The notes: generated from the letters alone by a model not told the origin. A stretch of DNA of 64,000 nt from Geopsychrobacteraceae bacterium (GCA_963662315.1 OY759353.1:2144001-2208000), one strand, 5' to 3'; counted from the first letter of the stretch, positions 22,121-33,356 are shown. A program made the numbers and translations.

Positions 22121-22660
22121 ATGCCCTACTTTGCCCTTACCATCATTGGCCGTGACCGTCCCGGCATTGTTTCACAGGTCACCGAAATTCTTTATCGCCT
22201 GGGATTTAATATTGCAGACTCCAGTTGTTCGATACTTGGTGGTCAGTTTTCAATGATCCTGATCATTTCAAGTCCGGAGATGCAGACAGATACCGACTTC
22301 AAGGAAGAATTTTCCGCTCTTGAAGAAAATAACCTGTCCGTCTTTATCCGCACCCTCAAACCGGGCGGGGAAATCAGGCCGGATATTGAAGGTGAGCACT
22401 GCATGATCTCGGTCTATGGTTCTGACAAACCTGGCATTGTCTATCAGGTTGCCAAAGAACTGGGTGAGCGCAAGATCAACATTACCGACCTGAATACCAA
22501 GCTGATTGGTGAAGAGAAATCACCTGTCTATGTCATGATGCTTGAAGCCACTTTACCAGAGGGAATTGAACTGCAGGATGTCGAAGGCTGGATGAAAGAA
22601 CTGAAACAGCAGCTTAAGGTCGATATTTCAGTCCGCTCACTGGAGACCATGGAGCTGTAA
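22121..22660 (+). CDS. Tandem ACT-domain protein (GcvR-like)
   Basis: GRDRPGIV and GSDKPGIV ACT motifs; AGGAGG RBS. Confidence 0.88.
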   Translation: MPYFALTIIGRDRPGIVSQVTEILYRLGFNIADSSCSILGGQFSMILIISSPEMQTDTDFKEEFSALEENNLSVFIRTLKPGGEIRPDIEGEHCMISVYGSDKPGIVYQVAKELGERKINITDLNTKLIGEEKSPVYVMMLEATLPEGIELQDVEGWMKELKQQLKVDISVRSLETMEL

Positions 22661-23170
22661 ATGGCTGTCAGGGAAATTCTCGTTTATCCGGATCCGCGCC
22701 TCAAGGAAGTCTGTAAACCGATAGAAAGCTTTGATGAATCCGTCAGCCTGCTGTTGCAGGACCTGGTTGACACCATGGTCGACGCCGGACACTCCGTAGG
22801 TGTCGCAGCATCTCAGATTGGCGATTTACGCCGCGCTGTCGTGGTTGACGTTTCACACAGTAAATTAGGCAAGAAACAGGAAAACCATGGCCTGATGCAG
22901 ATGGTCAACCCGGTGATTATCCAACGCGAAGGGGATCAGGTTGTACGCGAAGGGTGTATGTCGGTCCCCGACTATACCGGCAATGTCAACCGTGCCGAAG
23001 TTATCGTTGTTCAATATACGGATGAGAATCAGCAGCGCCACGTTATCCGCTGTGAAGGATTTGAAGCCATCGCCGTGCAACACGAACTTGACCACCTTGA
23101 CGGTTACCTGTTCCTTGACCGGGTATCAAGCCTTAAAACCGATCTGTTCCGGCGCAAACAGAAAAAATAA
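22661..23170 (+). CDS. def: Peptide deformylase
   Basis: VGVAASQIG, EGCMS and QHELDHLDG. Confidence 0.95.
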   Translation: MAVREILVYPDPRLKEVCKPIESFDESVSLLLQDLVDTMVDAGHSVGVAASQIGDLRRAVVVDVSHSKLGKKQENHGLMQMVNPVIIQREGDQVVREGCMSVPDYTGNVNRAEVIVVQYTDENQQRHVIRCEGFEAIAVQHELDHLDGYLFLDRVSSLKTDLFRRKQKK

Positions 23171-23178
23171 TCATCGTT

Positions 23179-23207
23179 AAAAAAGCGGGAGCCCTGACTC
23201 CCGCTTT
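23179..23207. terminator. Bidirectional terminator
   Basis: AAAAAAGCGGGAG...CTCCCGCTTT between convergent genes. Confidence 0.75.
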
Positions 23208-23259
23208 CAACTTAGCCTGCCATGCGTCTCGAAACGACTAACTAGTCGTCATTCCCCGG

Positions 23260-23730
23260 TCAAAGCCTTCTGGTTATAAGCCAGTAAGTTGTTCCCAAAG
23301 CTGCTACCACTGCTGCCGTACCAAACAGATAGTCTGGAGTTATATTTTCAAAATCAAAAATAATGACCTTTCTGGCAATGGCCATCAGCGCGGTAGCGAC
23401 CACCAGACGGACAGGGATGACGTGGCTGTTCAGATACATGGTAATGTTGATGAAGATCTCTATGGCGATAAGGACCGCAAGAAAAGCACCGAAGGTCGCC
23501 AGAATATCATTGATCTGTAAAAACAGAAATGGCGGTGAAACCAGACGCTGGTACAGAACAAATACCACATCCCCAATCCCCCAGATAATAACAGCTACCA
23601 TGAGAACGGCAAGAATCTTGACCGCAAAGCGAATGATCCGATGCAATACGCAAATCGTTGCATCTTCATGCTCCAAATGCAGATCATGTCCAGGTTCATG
23701 CTCATGGGTGGTCTTCAGTTCTTCAACCAT
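23260..23730 (-). CDS. PsiE-family membrane protein
   Basis: Four TM helices; LIAIEIF and ALMAIARKVII signature. Confidence 0.85.
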   Translation of the reverse strand: MVEELKTTHEHEPGHDLHLEHEDATICVLHRIIRFAVKILAVLMVAVIIWGIGDVVFVLYQRLVSPPFLFLQINDILATFGAFLAVLIAIEIFINITMYLNSHVIPVRLVVATALMAIARKVIIFDFENITPDYLFGTAAVVAALGTTYWLITRRL

Positions 23731-24015
23731 AGCGCAACCTTTCGACCCTCACAATAACAGCGGCCATATACATTACAGTTTAGCGACAAACTGTATAATG
23801 GCAAATCGTTGTCCTATAGATCAACAACAGCAGATGTCACCGAACTTCTTTTCATTGCCCCCTTGTCCCTTTCCAAGAGATAAAAGTATGATAGGATTTT
23901 CAATATATTGAGAGGCGACCTATTATCCCAACCAGTTTCTGCCTGGAGAGTTCAGAAAGAGGCTTCAAAGATTTCAGTGCAGAAACCGTCTTGATAAGGA
24001 AGGGCTTGAGTTACT

Positions 24016-25422
24016 ATGTGGGATCAGCAAAACAGTCATTATGATGTCATCGTCATCGGTAGTGGTCCAGGAGGAGAAGGAGCTGCCATTAAGCTCGCTA
24101 AAGCAGGAAAATCTGTCGCCATTATCGAGCGTTATCCCCTGGTCGGTGGTGGCTGTACGCACCTCGGGACAATCCCCAGTAAAGCCTTGATCAGAGTCAT
24201 TCAGGATTACACGGGCAAAAAACACAGTCGCCTGTTCCGCAACATGTTTCAGGCCAGGAAACTCAGTTGTGAAGAACTCCTCGACGGAGTTGCCGATGTC
24301 ATCAATCAACAGGTCAGTGACCGGCAGAGCTTTTATGAACGAAATGATGTTGAGATTATTGAAGGCAATGCCGTTTTTAATGACCCCCATACGGTCGTTG
24401 TGACAAATCAGCAAGGGAGTTGTTTTCGCCTGACCGCAGATTTTTTCGTCATTGCCACCGGCTCTCACCCCTATCATCCTGAAGATATCAACTTTAACAC
24501 CCCCCGTGTCGTCGACAGTGACACGGTGCTGCAAATGAAAGAACTTCCCAGCACCCTGACCGTCTACGGGGCCGGTGTTATCGGTTCTGAATATGCTTCA
24601 GCATTCAGAGAACTGGGAATCAAGGTTAACCTGATCAACACCCGGGCTCGTCTGCTTGAATATCTTGACGAAGAATTCAGCAACGCTCTTAGTTACCATA
24701 TGCGCGATGTTCAGGGTATCGTCATCCGTCAGAACGAAGAATATGATCGCGTTGAAGTCACCGAAAAAGAGGTTATTCTGCACCTGAAAACCGGTAAAGT
24801 CATCAAGTCAGATATGCTGCTGTGGGCCAATGGCCGCACCGGCAATTCCTTCGGCATTGGACTGGAGGAGCTGGGGATCTCGGTCAATCACCGCGGCAAT
24901 GTCGACGTCAACGAAGCCTTTCAGACAGCCCAGCCTCATATTTATGCCGTCGGCGACCTGGTCGGTTTCCCCAACCTGGCCAGTGCCGCGTATGACCAGG
25001 GACGCTTTGCCGCAACCCATATTGCTGAAGGCCGCTGCGACCTGCGCCTGGTCAGCAACATTCCTACCGGTATTTACACCATTCCGGAAATCAGCTGTAT
25101 CGGGGGGACTGAGCAGGAACTGACCGAAAAATGCGTTCCCTATGAGGTCGGCCATGCCTTCTTCCGCCACCTGGCCCGCGGTCAGATCAGCGGCCATAAA
25201 GCAGGTATGCTCAAATTGCTATTTCACCGCGAAACGCTGGAAATACTCGGGATCCATTGCTTTGGTCAGAACGCCGCAGAAATCCTGCACATCGGACAGG
25301 CAATCATGAGCCAGCCGGCACCTTACAATAATATCAAATATTTTATGAACACCACCTTCAACTATCCGACCATGGCGGAAGCTTACCGGGTAGCGGCGCT
25401 AAACGGATATAACCGGCTTTAA
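24016..25422 (+). CDS. sthA: Soluble pyridine nucleotide transhydrogenase
   Basis: [42 protein letters not shown] and [19 protein letters not shown]. Confidence 0.95.
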   Translation: MWDQQNSHYDVIVIGSGPGGEGAAIKLAKAGKSVAIIERYPLVGGGCTHLGTIPSKALIRVIQDYTGKKHSRLFRNMFQARKLSCEELLDGVADVINQQVSDRQSFYERNDVEIIEGNAVFNDPHTVVVTNQQGSCFRLTADFFVIATGSHPYHPEDINFNTPRVVDSDTVLQMKELPSTLTVYGAGVIGSEYASAFRELGIKVNLINTRARLLEYLDEEFSNALSYHMRDVQGIVIRQNEEYDRVEVTEKEVILHLKTGKVIKSDMLLWANGRTGNSFGIGLEELGISVNHRGNVDVNEAFQTAQPHIYAVGDLVGFPNLASAAYDQGRFAATHIAEGRCDLRLVSNIPTGIYTIPEISCIGGTEQELTEKCVPYEVGHAFFRHLARGQISGHKAGMLKLLFHRETLEILGIHCFGQNAAEILHIGQAIMSQPAPYNNIKYFMNTTFNYPTMAEAYRVAALNGYNRL

Positions 25423-25469
25423 CCCAAAAAAGTAAAAGGGCAGCCTTTGGCATGTGGACCACTGAGACC

Positions 25470-25816
25470 GAGGGTGCGGAATTCTGTCTCCAGTCAATTA
25501 CCGAACGAAAAGACCCCGGGTTCGTTTCCCACAGACGAAGCATTTTCCAAACAGAGATATCTGGCACTGCATATCATTGCCAAGAGGCACCTCAATGTCC
25601 AGACACGCTTGCGGGAGGCTTCGTCGACCGTTTTAGGTCAGCAACCTGCTTGTCCTTAGCCCGAGCCGGTAACTCAATAAGTACCCATTCTTTTTGCACG
25701 GGCGAAGCCCCTTATTTTCACAATAAAAATAAATTAAAAGCATTTACATATAGTGGATATTATCCTACATTTGTTAGAATCTATTAATTGCATTGTCGTC
25801 CAGAATCTCGAACACC
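25470..25816 (+). pseudogene. Degenerate IS256-family relic
   Basis: Encodes KTPGSFPTDEAFSKQRYLAL, resembling KTKGGFANENSLLKLLYAG of the intact transposase. GAGGGTGCGGAATTCTGTCTC resembles the IS256 end at 55204. Confidence 0.5.
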
Positions 25817-25889
25817 GGATTTTGAACATTTTTAAATTGTCGATATGTGGCCAAAAGGTCATATATGGGAAAATCAAGAGGGAACGTTA

Positions 25890-27722
25890 ATGAAAAATCT
25901 CAAGTTTTCTTACAAAATTACAGGTCTGTGTATCGTTGTTTCCTGCCTATTTATGTTAACGATCGGGTTCGTTTATACCAGTGCAAAAAGCCAAATTTTT
26001 CACGACAAAGAATCCGGAGTTGAAAACCTTGTCTATACGGCCTGGAGTCTTGTCAATGATTATGCAAACCTTGCCAAGACTGGAGAAATCAGCGTTGAAA
26101 AAGCTCAACAGTTGGCGATTCAGTCTGTGAGGGCTCTACGCTATGATGGTGAGAACTATTACTGGATTAACGATCTGGCTCCTAACATGATCATGCACCC
26201 CTTCAGTAAGGATCTTGAGGGGAAAAATCTGTCCAACATTAAAGATCCCAATGGGTTGGCCCTCTTTTCAGAAATGGCCTTAGTTGCTAAAAACAAAGGT
26301 GAAGGGCATATTGATTATGTTTGGTCTAAACCGGGAGTCAGTCAGCCTGTCGATAAAGTATCCTTTGTCAAACTGGTACCCGAGTGGAATTGGGTTATTG
26401 GTAGCGGCATCTATCTTGATGATATTCAAAATGAATTTTATTCCATGCTGATGGACATTCTGATGGCGCTAGGGATCACAATTGTTATTGCGTCCATTCT
26501 CATCTTCCTGATCTCACGAAGTATTACTAAACCTCTGCATAAGATTATTGCGAAGATTGACAAAATCTCAAAGGGCGATACCAGTTCAGTTGAGGGATCA
26601 GCGATACAGCTTTCAAATACCGGCCAACCTAAAAATGAAATACAGGAACTCGATGCCATTGTAGCCAGCCTCGCAGCAACGCTTGGGAATCGAGCCGAAT
26701 TGGCACTGTCTATCGCGAATGGAGACCTGTCTCACGAAGTTCAGCTGGCATCGGAAAACGATAAACTCGGTATCGCTTTTCAGGTCATGACAGACAATCT
26801 CAATGAAATTCTGTTCCAGATACAGAGTGCCAGCAACCAAATTAACTCAGTTAGTGGACAAGTTGCTGATTCCAGTCAAGCACTCGCTCAGGGCGCGACG
26901 GAATCCGCGAGTTCGTTGGAGGAAGTCTCAGCGTCTATGAGTCAGATGTCGTCTCAGGTCACGGTTAATGCCGAGAATGCAAACGTCGCTGATCAGTTGT
27001 CAAAGGAAGCGAAGTTAACTGCGGAAAAAGGTGATCAGCAAATGGCAGAGATGGTTCTCTCCATGGTTAACATTAGTGATTCGAGTAATAATATCAGAAA
27101 AATCATAAAGGTCATTGATGAGATCGCCTTTCAAACAAATCTTCTTGCCCTTAATGCTGCCGTTGAGGCGGCCAGAGCAGGGCAACACGGGAAAGGATTT
27201 GCTGTAGTCGCGGAAGAAGTTCGTAATCTTGCAGTAAGATGTGCTAAAGCGGCTCAAGAGACTACTGATTTGATTGAAAATTCAATTGCTCTTACAGACA
27301 AGGGAAATCAGATCGCTCAGCACACTGCCGCAGAACTCGAAGAGATTATGGCAAGCACGAATAAGGTGTCGGATCTCCTTGAAGAGATCGCTGCAGCATC
27401 CAATGAGCAGGCGCAAGGGATAAATCAGATTAATACCGGGATCGATCAAATCGACAGAGTGACCCAGCAGAATACTGCGACTGCAGAGCAAACTGCTGCG
27501 GCATCGGAAGAGCTTTCAAGCCAAGCCTTGCAGATGCAGAGCATGCTCAAACGGTTTGTATTGCGTAAAGTTGCGGCTAGCACAGACCATGAAGAAAGGG
27601 CTATTGCTCAAGGCAATCAATTATTGACAGGAGGAGGCAGCGAGTGGTTAAACCATTCATCCCATACCAAATTAAAGGTGGCTATGGTCGCTTTTGATAA
27701 TAATGAGTTTGGCCGTTATTAA
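25890..27722 (+). CDS. Methyl-accepting chemotaxis protein (single Cache_2 sensor)
   Basis: [31 protein letters not shown] and [12 protein letters not shown] domain; C-terminal EFGRY. Confidence 0.93.
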   Translation: MKNLKFSYKITGLCIVVSCLFMLTIGFVYTSAKSQIFHDKESGVENLVYTAWSLVNDYANLAKTGEISVEKAQQLAIQSVRALRYDGENYYWINDLAPNMIMHPFSKDLEGKNLSNIKDPNGLALFSEMALVAKNKGEGHIDYVWSKPGVSQPVDKVSFVKLVPEWNWVIGSGIYLDDIQNEFYSMLMDILMALGITIVIASILIFLISRSITKPLHKIIAKIDKISKGDTSSVEGSAIQLSNTGQPKNEIQELDAIVASLAATLGNRAELALSIANGDLSHEVQLASENDKLGIAFQVMTDNLNEILFQIQSASNQINSVSGQVADSSQALAQGATESASSLEEVSASMSQMSSQVTVNAENANVADQLSKEAKLTAEKGDQQMAEMVLSMVNISDSSNNIRKIIKVIDEIAFQTNLLALNAAVEAARAGQHGKGFAVVAEEVRNLAVRCAKAAQETTDLIENSIALTDKGNQIAQHTAAELEEIMASTNKVSDLLEEIAAASNEQAQGINQINTGIDQIDRVTQQNTATAEQTAAASEELSSQALQMQSMLKRFVLRKVAASTDHEERAIAQGNQLLTGGGSEWLNHSSHTKLKVAMVAFDNNEFGRY

Positions 27723-27739
27723 AATCCTAAAAAGATTTG

Positions 27740-27772
27740 AGCCCCATCGAATATAATCGGTGGGGCTTTTTT
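27740..27772 (+). terminator. Intrinsic terminator
   Basis: AGCCCCATCGA...TCGGTGGGGCTTTTTT. Confidence 0.8.
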
Positions 27773-27923
27773 ATGATATATGACACATAACCTGAGCTGC
27801 CTGCACCTTCCAGGTAAAATCCAACATCATGATCTGTAAAAGAGCGGGACCAGGTCTGGCAAATAGATTCTTTTGAACAGTTTGACCGCTTGCGAGCCAG
27901 ACACAAAATGTTTCGCGAAGAAA

Positions 27924-28424
27924 CTATTCCCCGAGAAAACTCCTGACCTCCGAATCGTTCACTATTTCAGCGACAAGCTTGGTCAAGGCAAAATTACAGG
28001 CGTGAAAGATATCTATCCCAGAGGCGTTTTTCACACTATAGGCTTTATTTATGCCATTATTCGCTGTCAGGCTGGCTCTGACAACGCAGATCTCCGTAAA
28101 AGGTGGAGCGGCCATAAACTGGTAGAGTTCCTGAACCGCCAGCTTTAGCTGTTTGGAAGCAGCCGGTTCAATGGCCACCCCGACCAGGCCTAATTGTTCT
28201 GCCAGCATTTTAAGCGTTTCCTCTGTCGTTGCCTGAAGATTAACCGGGATGCCGCCAAACCTCTCGACCCTTAATTCGCTCTGGTTTTGACCGTTCAAAA
28301 GACTGACAGCTGATGCACTTTGAGGTGGATCGATCAAGCCGGCTTTCATTGGGTCGGGTTTTGGAGCATAGGGGGTACAGGCCGAAAGAAAAAGAGTGAG
28401 GACAAGTAGTGGCAAGTATTTCAT
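27924..28424 (-). CDS. Hypothetical lipoprotein
   Basis: MKYLPLLVLTLFLSAC lipobox; AGGAAG RBS. Confidence 0.75.
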   Translation of the reverse strand: MKYLPLLVLTLFLSACTPYAPKPDPMKAGLIDPPQSASAVSLLNGQNQSELRVERFGGIPVNLQATTEETLKMLAEQLGLVGVAIEPAASKQLKLAVQELYQFMAAPPFTEICVVRASLTANNGINKAYSVKNASGIDIFHACNFALTKLVAEIVNDSEVRSFLGE

Positions 28425-28745
28425 TGCTCTTCCTTTCTAGGATAAGGGGATTCCAAAGGCAACGCTTGTTGAGATCTTTATATCGGTACAACGAAAAGAA
28501 TAGAAGAAAATTAATTATTTAGTTGATCATGCTTTAAATAAAAGACCTTCTGGATAGTGCTCAAAAATTCGGATTAATCTATAATCGAAAACTTCAGAAC
28601 CAGAGCAATCCGGCCACTTCTGATGATTTTCATAGTGAAAGCAACAGGCCTATGATATGAAAAAGCAGGACGTTGTTCGACTCCGGCGAATTTGAAAGTC
28701 CCTGTAAAAGAAGCCTTGTCTTACCTGCCCGTTGAGGATAAACCT

Positions 28746-29630
28746 TTGAAGACCTTGCCTATTTCACTCCCGATACTACAGTTGATTAGTGGCTCCATCT
28801 TTATCAGCTTTGCGCCGATTCTCATCAGGTTTGCCAATGTTCATCCCGATGTTGCCGGATTCTACCGGATGTTTTTTGCCTTTTGGGGCCTTTTGTTTTT
28901 GGTCGTGGTCCGGAAAGAACGCCTGCATTATCCTGGGAAGGCACTCACACTGCTGCTTCTTTGCGGAGTGTGGCTCTCCTGTGACTTTATGGTTTGGCAT
29001 CGCAGCATCGGCCTGATAGGACCCGGCTTTTCTACCCTTTTGGGAAACTTTCAGGTGTTCTTCACAACCATAATCTCATATTGGCTGTTTGGTGAAAGGA
29101 TACGTCCATCATTCATTCTGGCAATTCTGTTTGGTTTTCTGGGGTTATTGCTGATGACCGGGTTCAATTTTGCAAATCTTTCCGGCGAGATCAGAGTGGG
29201 GATTCTGCTGGGGTTTGCGACCGCCCTGTTCTATTCCTTTTACATCCTAACGCTTAAACAGGCGATGTCACGATCTGCTCTAAGCGGCACTTCCGCCATG
29301 CTAATTATTTCCGTTTCCAGTGTCATTATTCTGGGTGGACTCATCCAGAGTCGGGGAATCTCATTCGCCATCGGGAATAGCGCTTCATGGTGGGCTTTGG
29401 TGGGAGTGGGTGTTCTTGGAAGCACTATTGGCTGGTCACTATTATCTGCTGCATTGAGAGTGGTCCCTGCATCAACGGCTGGCCTCACAATGCTGCTGCA
29501 ACCGGCGTTATCATTTTTTTGGGATGTCCTGTTGTTTAATCGGCCAACCTCATGGCTGGAATATACCGGAATCCTTCTTATTCTGGCGGCAATCTACCTC
29601 GGAACAATAAAGAACAAAGACAGTCAATGA
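28746..29630 (+). CDS. DMT/EamA-family transporter
   Basis: About 10 TM helices in two EamA repeats (ISFAPILIR, GFYRM, LLQPAL). Start uncertain: TTG 28746 follows GAGGA. Confidence 0.85.
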   Translation: MKTLPISLPILQLISGSIFISFAPILIRFANVHPDVAGFYRMFFAFWGLLFLVVVRKERLHYPGKALTLLLLCGVWLSCDFMVWHRSIGLIGPGFSTLLGNFQVFFTTIISYWLFGERIRPSFILAILFGFLGLLLMTGFNFANLSGEIRVGILLGFATALFYSFYILTLKQAMSRSALSGTSAMLIISVSSVIILGGLIQSRGISFAIGNSASWWALVGVGVLGSTIGWSLLSAALRVVPASTAGLTMLLQPALSFFWDVLLFNRPTSWLEYTGILLILAAIYLGTIKNKDSQ

Positions 29631-29748
29631 CTAACGCCCAAATCATACAAGGGAACGTACTGACACGTCCTTTTCTCTTCAAAGAAATGACACTTGAAAT
29701 CTCCAGAGCCGACTGTTTTCCTTCCGGTGGACTGGCTGATGAGGCACA

Positions 29749-30165
29749 TTATTCCGTGAATTTTTTCATTGCCTGTGACGTTGTAAACACAGCCATTCCT
29801 GTTTTCATAGCTCCAAACCCAAGCTTTTTATAGAAGCCTTCCTTGCCAGGAGTCGCGTAAAGAATAATATTACAGTTTGGAAGGCGATCAATAATAGTTT
29901 GGATAATGACTTTGCCAACTCCCTTTCCTTGGGCTGCTGGTAAAACGGCAACATCATAAATGGCAGCTTGATACTCACCATCAGAAATCGCTCTGCCAAA
30001 ACCAAGCAACTGTGATTCCTCATAGACGAAAACCGTTGTATGACTGGCCTCGAAGGCTCTCTTATGAACTTCAGGTTGATGGTAAGCCATCCCAACTTTT
30101 TGCAGTGAATCCGCTATGGTCTGCCAATCAACTCCTGAACAATCCGTGACTATTTTTAGTTCCAT
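29749..30165 (-). CDS. GNAT N-acetyltransferase
   Basis: GFGRAISDG, IYDVAVLPAAQGKGVG and GFYKKLGF. Confidence 0.9.
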   Translation of the reverse strand: MELKIVTDCSGVDWQTIADSLQKVGMAYHQPEVHKRAFEASHTTVFVYEESQLLGFGRAISDGEYQAAIYDVAVLPAAQGKGVGKVIIQTIIDRLPNCNIILYATPGKEGFYKKLGFGAMKTGMAVFTTSQAMKKFTE

Positions 30166-30306
30166 TTTTATTTCTTCCGCTCCGGGTGGACACGCCGTGG
30201 ACAATGCATTGCGAGTTGGCAGAACACGTCACGAGCTACTTAAGGCTATGCGCCATTGGCTAAAGTCTTCTGCTAAATACAGATAATACACAGTTATTAA
30301 GCGTCG

Positions 30307-30627
30307 TCATTCAAAGCTGGAATCATACTCAACCTTGGCAATTCTCGTTTTGAACGAGGAATACCACTGGTTACGACCTAAGCTTTGAGCTTTTTTATGC
30401 TCAACGTTTTCTTTCCATCTTTTTATCGACTCCAGATCGGCCCAGTATGAAACGGTAATTCCAACGTCTTCCCTGGCGGACTCAACACCAAGAAATCCCG
30501 GTTGCTGTGATGCCAGTTCAAGCATCTTTTCAGCCATCTCCCGATAGCCCTTATCACCTTCGGTGCGCTGGGATGTAAAAATTACTGCATAGTAAGGAGG
30601 CTTCGGTGTATTTGCGATAAAATTCAT
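30307..30627 (-). CDS. Antibiotic biosynthesis monooxygenase (ABM) family protein
   Basis: PPYYAVIFTS, QPGFLGVES, GITVSYW and EHKKAQ. Confidence 0.88.
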   Translation of the reverse strand: MNFIANTPKPPYYAVIFTSQRTEGDKGYREMAEKMLELASQQPGFLGVESAREDVGITVSYWADLESIKRWKENVEHKKAQSLGRNQWYSSFKTRIAKVEYDSSFE

Positions 30628-30746
30628 AGTTTCACCTTGCAGAGTATGAAGACAGCTACATTATCCCTGTCAGCGAAGCAATCTATGTCTCACCACATGC
30701 AACAGTTTGTGGTTTTAAATATATACTGATCCTCAAATCTCAATTT

Positions 30747-30778
30747 AAAAGGCCCATTTCTCACTGAAATGGGCCTTT
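30747..30778 (-). terminator. Intrinsic terminator after nitroreductase
   Basis: AAAAGGCCCATTTC...GAAATGGGCCTTT. Confidence 0.7.
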
Positions 30779-30834
30779 CAGCTTATTTTGTGCTAAGAAA
30801 TGACGAGCTTATCAGGATTCATAACGTCGCTTAA

Positions 30835-31662
30835 TCACGGCTTAAAATAAACGACATCCGCAATACCGCGATCAACGGTTCGCGGGTATTTTACCGCTGG
30901 TTTGCCAAAAGCCATGACATAGCCGAGGAGATAATCATCGGGAATGCCAAGGCGGCGTTGCAATGAAGGAATCAGCTCATCCAGAGTCCAGGTCATCAAG
31001 CCGTTCCAGACGGTTCCGACCCCCATGCTCTGAGCATACAGTTCAAAATAGCTTAATGCGATCATGCAATCAGCGGCAGAGCAGACACCTTTTTTCGGAG
31101 CAGCGGTAACGACAATGTGCGGAGCGCCACGGAACAGAACATCGACCCGTTTTTCCTGCCAGACCTTGGCGATATCGGCAAAACGACTGCGATTTTCAGG
31201 TAGTTTCCCGGCGGCAACAAGCTCTGCCAGAGCAGTATAGACCTCGTTGCGAAAAACAGTCAGGGCATCCTTGTTATCGATGACAAAATAACGCACCTGA
31301 TCCATATTGACTCCGGTTGGAGCATGGCGGGCAACGTTCAGCAATTTCTCGATCAATGCGGGGTCAAGATTCTCATCACGGTACTGACGTACGGTACGGC
31401 GACCTTTCATCAGGGTTTCCAATTGTTCTGGATCCGGCAGGCTGTCCTTAAGGGGCAGACTGTTCGCCGGGTTATTACCGAGAATAGACAAGGCCCCCTT
31501 CGGGCAGACGGCCAAACAGTGCTGACACTGCATGCAGCGCTCTTCCTTCTCCGTAGCAATAGCGGGAAAACCTGATTCCAGAGAGATAATCTTAACCGGG
31601 CAGTCTTTGGCACACAGACCACATTGAATACAGAGGTTTTCGTCGATGGTAAATTGAAGCAT
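30835..31662 (-). CDS. Nitroreductase with N-terminal 2[4Fe-4S] ferredoxin domain
   Basis: CIQCGLCAKDCP, CMQCQHCLAVCP, RRTVRQY and APTGVN. Confidence 0.92.
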   Translation of the reverse strand: MLQFTIDENLCIQCGLCAKDCPVKIISLESGFPAIATEKEERCMQCQHCLAVCPKGALSILGNNPANSLPLKDSLPDPEQLETLMKGRRTVRQYRDENLDPALIEKLLNVARHAPTGVNMDQVRYFVIDNKDALTVFRNEVYTALAELVAAGKLPENRSRFADIAKVWQEKRVDVLFRGAPHIVVTAAPKKGVCSAADCMIALSYFELYAQSMGVGTVWNGLMTWTLDELIPSLQRRLGIPDDYLLGYVMAFGKPAVKYPRTVDRGIADVVYFKP

Positions 31663-31819
31663 TACATTCTCCTGCGTTTAGTAGAATCTGGCTATATAGC
31701 TTACTCCAGAGATATCCCCAGACGGGTTTTCTTACCCGGAAAAGGAAAATTCTAGGTGCGCCCTTCTCCACTGGAGCGAACTGGATAATCATAGCGTTGA
31801 AATATATATAACCAGTGGA

Positions 31820-32758
31820 TCATAGCAGATCTACAGGCATTGCTTCAGCTGGAATTATCGCTCCGGGGTGCTGAATAACCACGGAAGCAAGACAGGCACC
31901 GGTTCTGGCTGCTGAAATCGCATCGTTTCCGGTCAACCGGGACGCCAGATAACCAGCGGCAAATGAGTCTCCCGCAGCGGTAGTATCGACCACCTTGGCA
32001 ACATGACAGGCAGGAACCGCCACTGGATCATTGCCGGCAATACGCACAATCGCAGGTTGTCCCCCCCGTTTAATCACAACTTCGGGTGTCGGCAAGGCAA
32101 AAGCATGTTCGCAAGCCAGCTGTTCGTCTTCAAGTCCCAGCAAGGCCATTTCGTCGTCAAGGGTAATCATGGCTATGTCAGACATTTCGTAGGCATGACG
32201 GTACCAGGCCCGCGCTTCGATCGTAACCGGCCACATCTTGGCTCTGTAGTTATTGTCGAAAATTACTTTTCCACCACGGGAACGCAGTCTCAGCGCTGTT
32301 CGGAACAATCGCTCACGCGCTGATGAATCTAAAATTGCCAGACTTATACCACTGAAATAGAGCGCATCGATATCATCAAGCTGTGCTTCGAGAGGACTTT
32401 CGGATGAATTAAAATAAGCTTTGGCAGCACTCATATCACGCCAATAGTGAAACGTGCGTTCACCCTGATCATCAACCTGAATAGTATACAGCCCTGGCAT
32501 ACGCCCCTGCTCACGCCGAACCAGACTGGTATCGATCCCCTCCTGTTCCCAGGCTGTCAGCATGGCGTCACTGAACGGATCGGTGCCAAGATCTGTCGCG
32601 TAAGACACCTGCACCCCCTTATTGGTGCTTAAGCGGGACAGATAGACCGCTGTATTTAGCGTGTCGCCACCAAAAGCCTGCTTCATGGTGCCAAACATCT
32701 GGCCACGCAGTTCAATCATGCATTCGCCAAGCAAAGCGATGCGACATATTCTCTTCAT
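31820..32758 (-). CDS. kdgK: 2-dehydro-3-deoxygluconokinase (PfkB family)
   Basis: GECMIEL, GGDTLNTAVYL, FDNNYR and VVDTTAAGDSFAAGYL. Confidence 0.9.
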   Translation of the reverse strand: MKRICRIALLGECMIELRGQMFGTMKQAFGGDTLNTAVYLSRLSTNKGVQVSYATDLGTDPFSDAMLTAWEQEGIDTSLVRREQGRMPGLYTIQVDDQGERTFHYWRDMSAAKAYFNSSESPLEAQLDDIDALYFSGISLAILDSSARERLFRTALRLRSRGGKVIFDNNYRAKMWPVTIEARAWYRHAYEMSDIAMITLDDEMALLGLEDEQLACEHAFALPTPEVVIKRGGQPAIVRIAGNDPVAVPACHVAKVVDTTAAGDSFAAGYLASRLTGNDAISAARTGACLASVVIQHPGAIIPAEAMPVDLL

Positions 32759-32957
32759 AATGACAAACCTGTTGGAAAAAAGTTGCTGAGGTCAGAACCA
32801 CCCAGTACCAACCTGATGATTTTCCGTACTCTATCGCGACACCGCTCGAAAAACTTCAGGAGAACCGCTCCAGCGAAAAGTATGAATGGAAACCTAGAAA
32901 TACCGTTCTAAAGTAAGCATGAAATGGGTGTCAACAGATTTTATCAAATATTGAGAG

Positions 32958-33032
32958 TTTCTCCATAAAAGCGATTAAGTTCCCAATCTATGGAGAAAAA
33001 TACCCATTTATGGAGAGACTTCTCCATAAATG
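32958..33032. promoter_or_regulatory. Cluster of four TCTCCATA half-sites (candidate activator binding sites)
   Basis: TTTCTCCATA-N21-TATGGAGAAA, and perfect CATTTATGGAGA-gact-TCTCCATAAATG. Confidence 0.6.
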
Positions 33033-33340
33033 AGATCAAATAAAATCATTTTTGATACCCACCAGAGTTTCTGTTTAGAAAAATATCCCTTCTCTTTGCC
33101 CATAAACTAACCAGCCGATTTTTTTCCGCTTAAATTTGCAGCACCTTTGTCGCTAAAATATCACCGCAGTTGTCCAGACAAAGAGGTTGCTACAGCTGGG
33201 ACTCACGGCAGCAGCATGAGGAGTATAGTCATTGAACGTCTGAAAAATAACTTAACCAGTTGGAAATCCCTCTTCTCTTTCGGGTCCCCATCTTTCAGGA
33301 CCGCTTGCTCTGTGAAATTCGTTTTTAAGAACTTCATTTC

Positions 33341-33356
33341 TGGCAGTTATTTTGCT
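33341..33356 (+). promoter_or_regulatory. Sigma54 (-24/-12) promoter of the BMP/ABC operon
   Basis: TGGCAGTTATTTTGCT, GG-N10-GC, about 75 nt before ATG 33433. Confidence 0.6.

Noticed and set aside
29749..30627. GNAT and ABM genes as integron cassettes
   Set aside because: Small and AT-rich, but no convincing RYYYAAC...GTTRRRY attC pair in the spacers.
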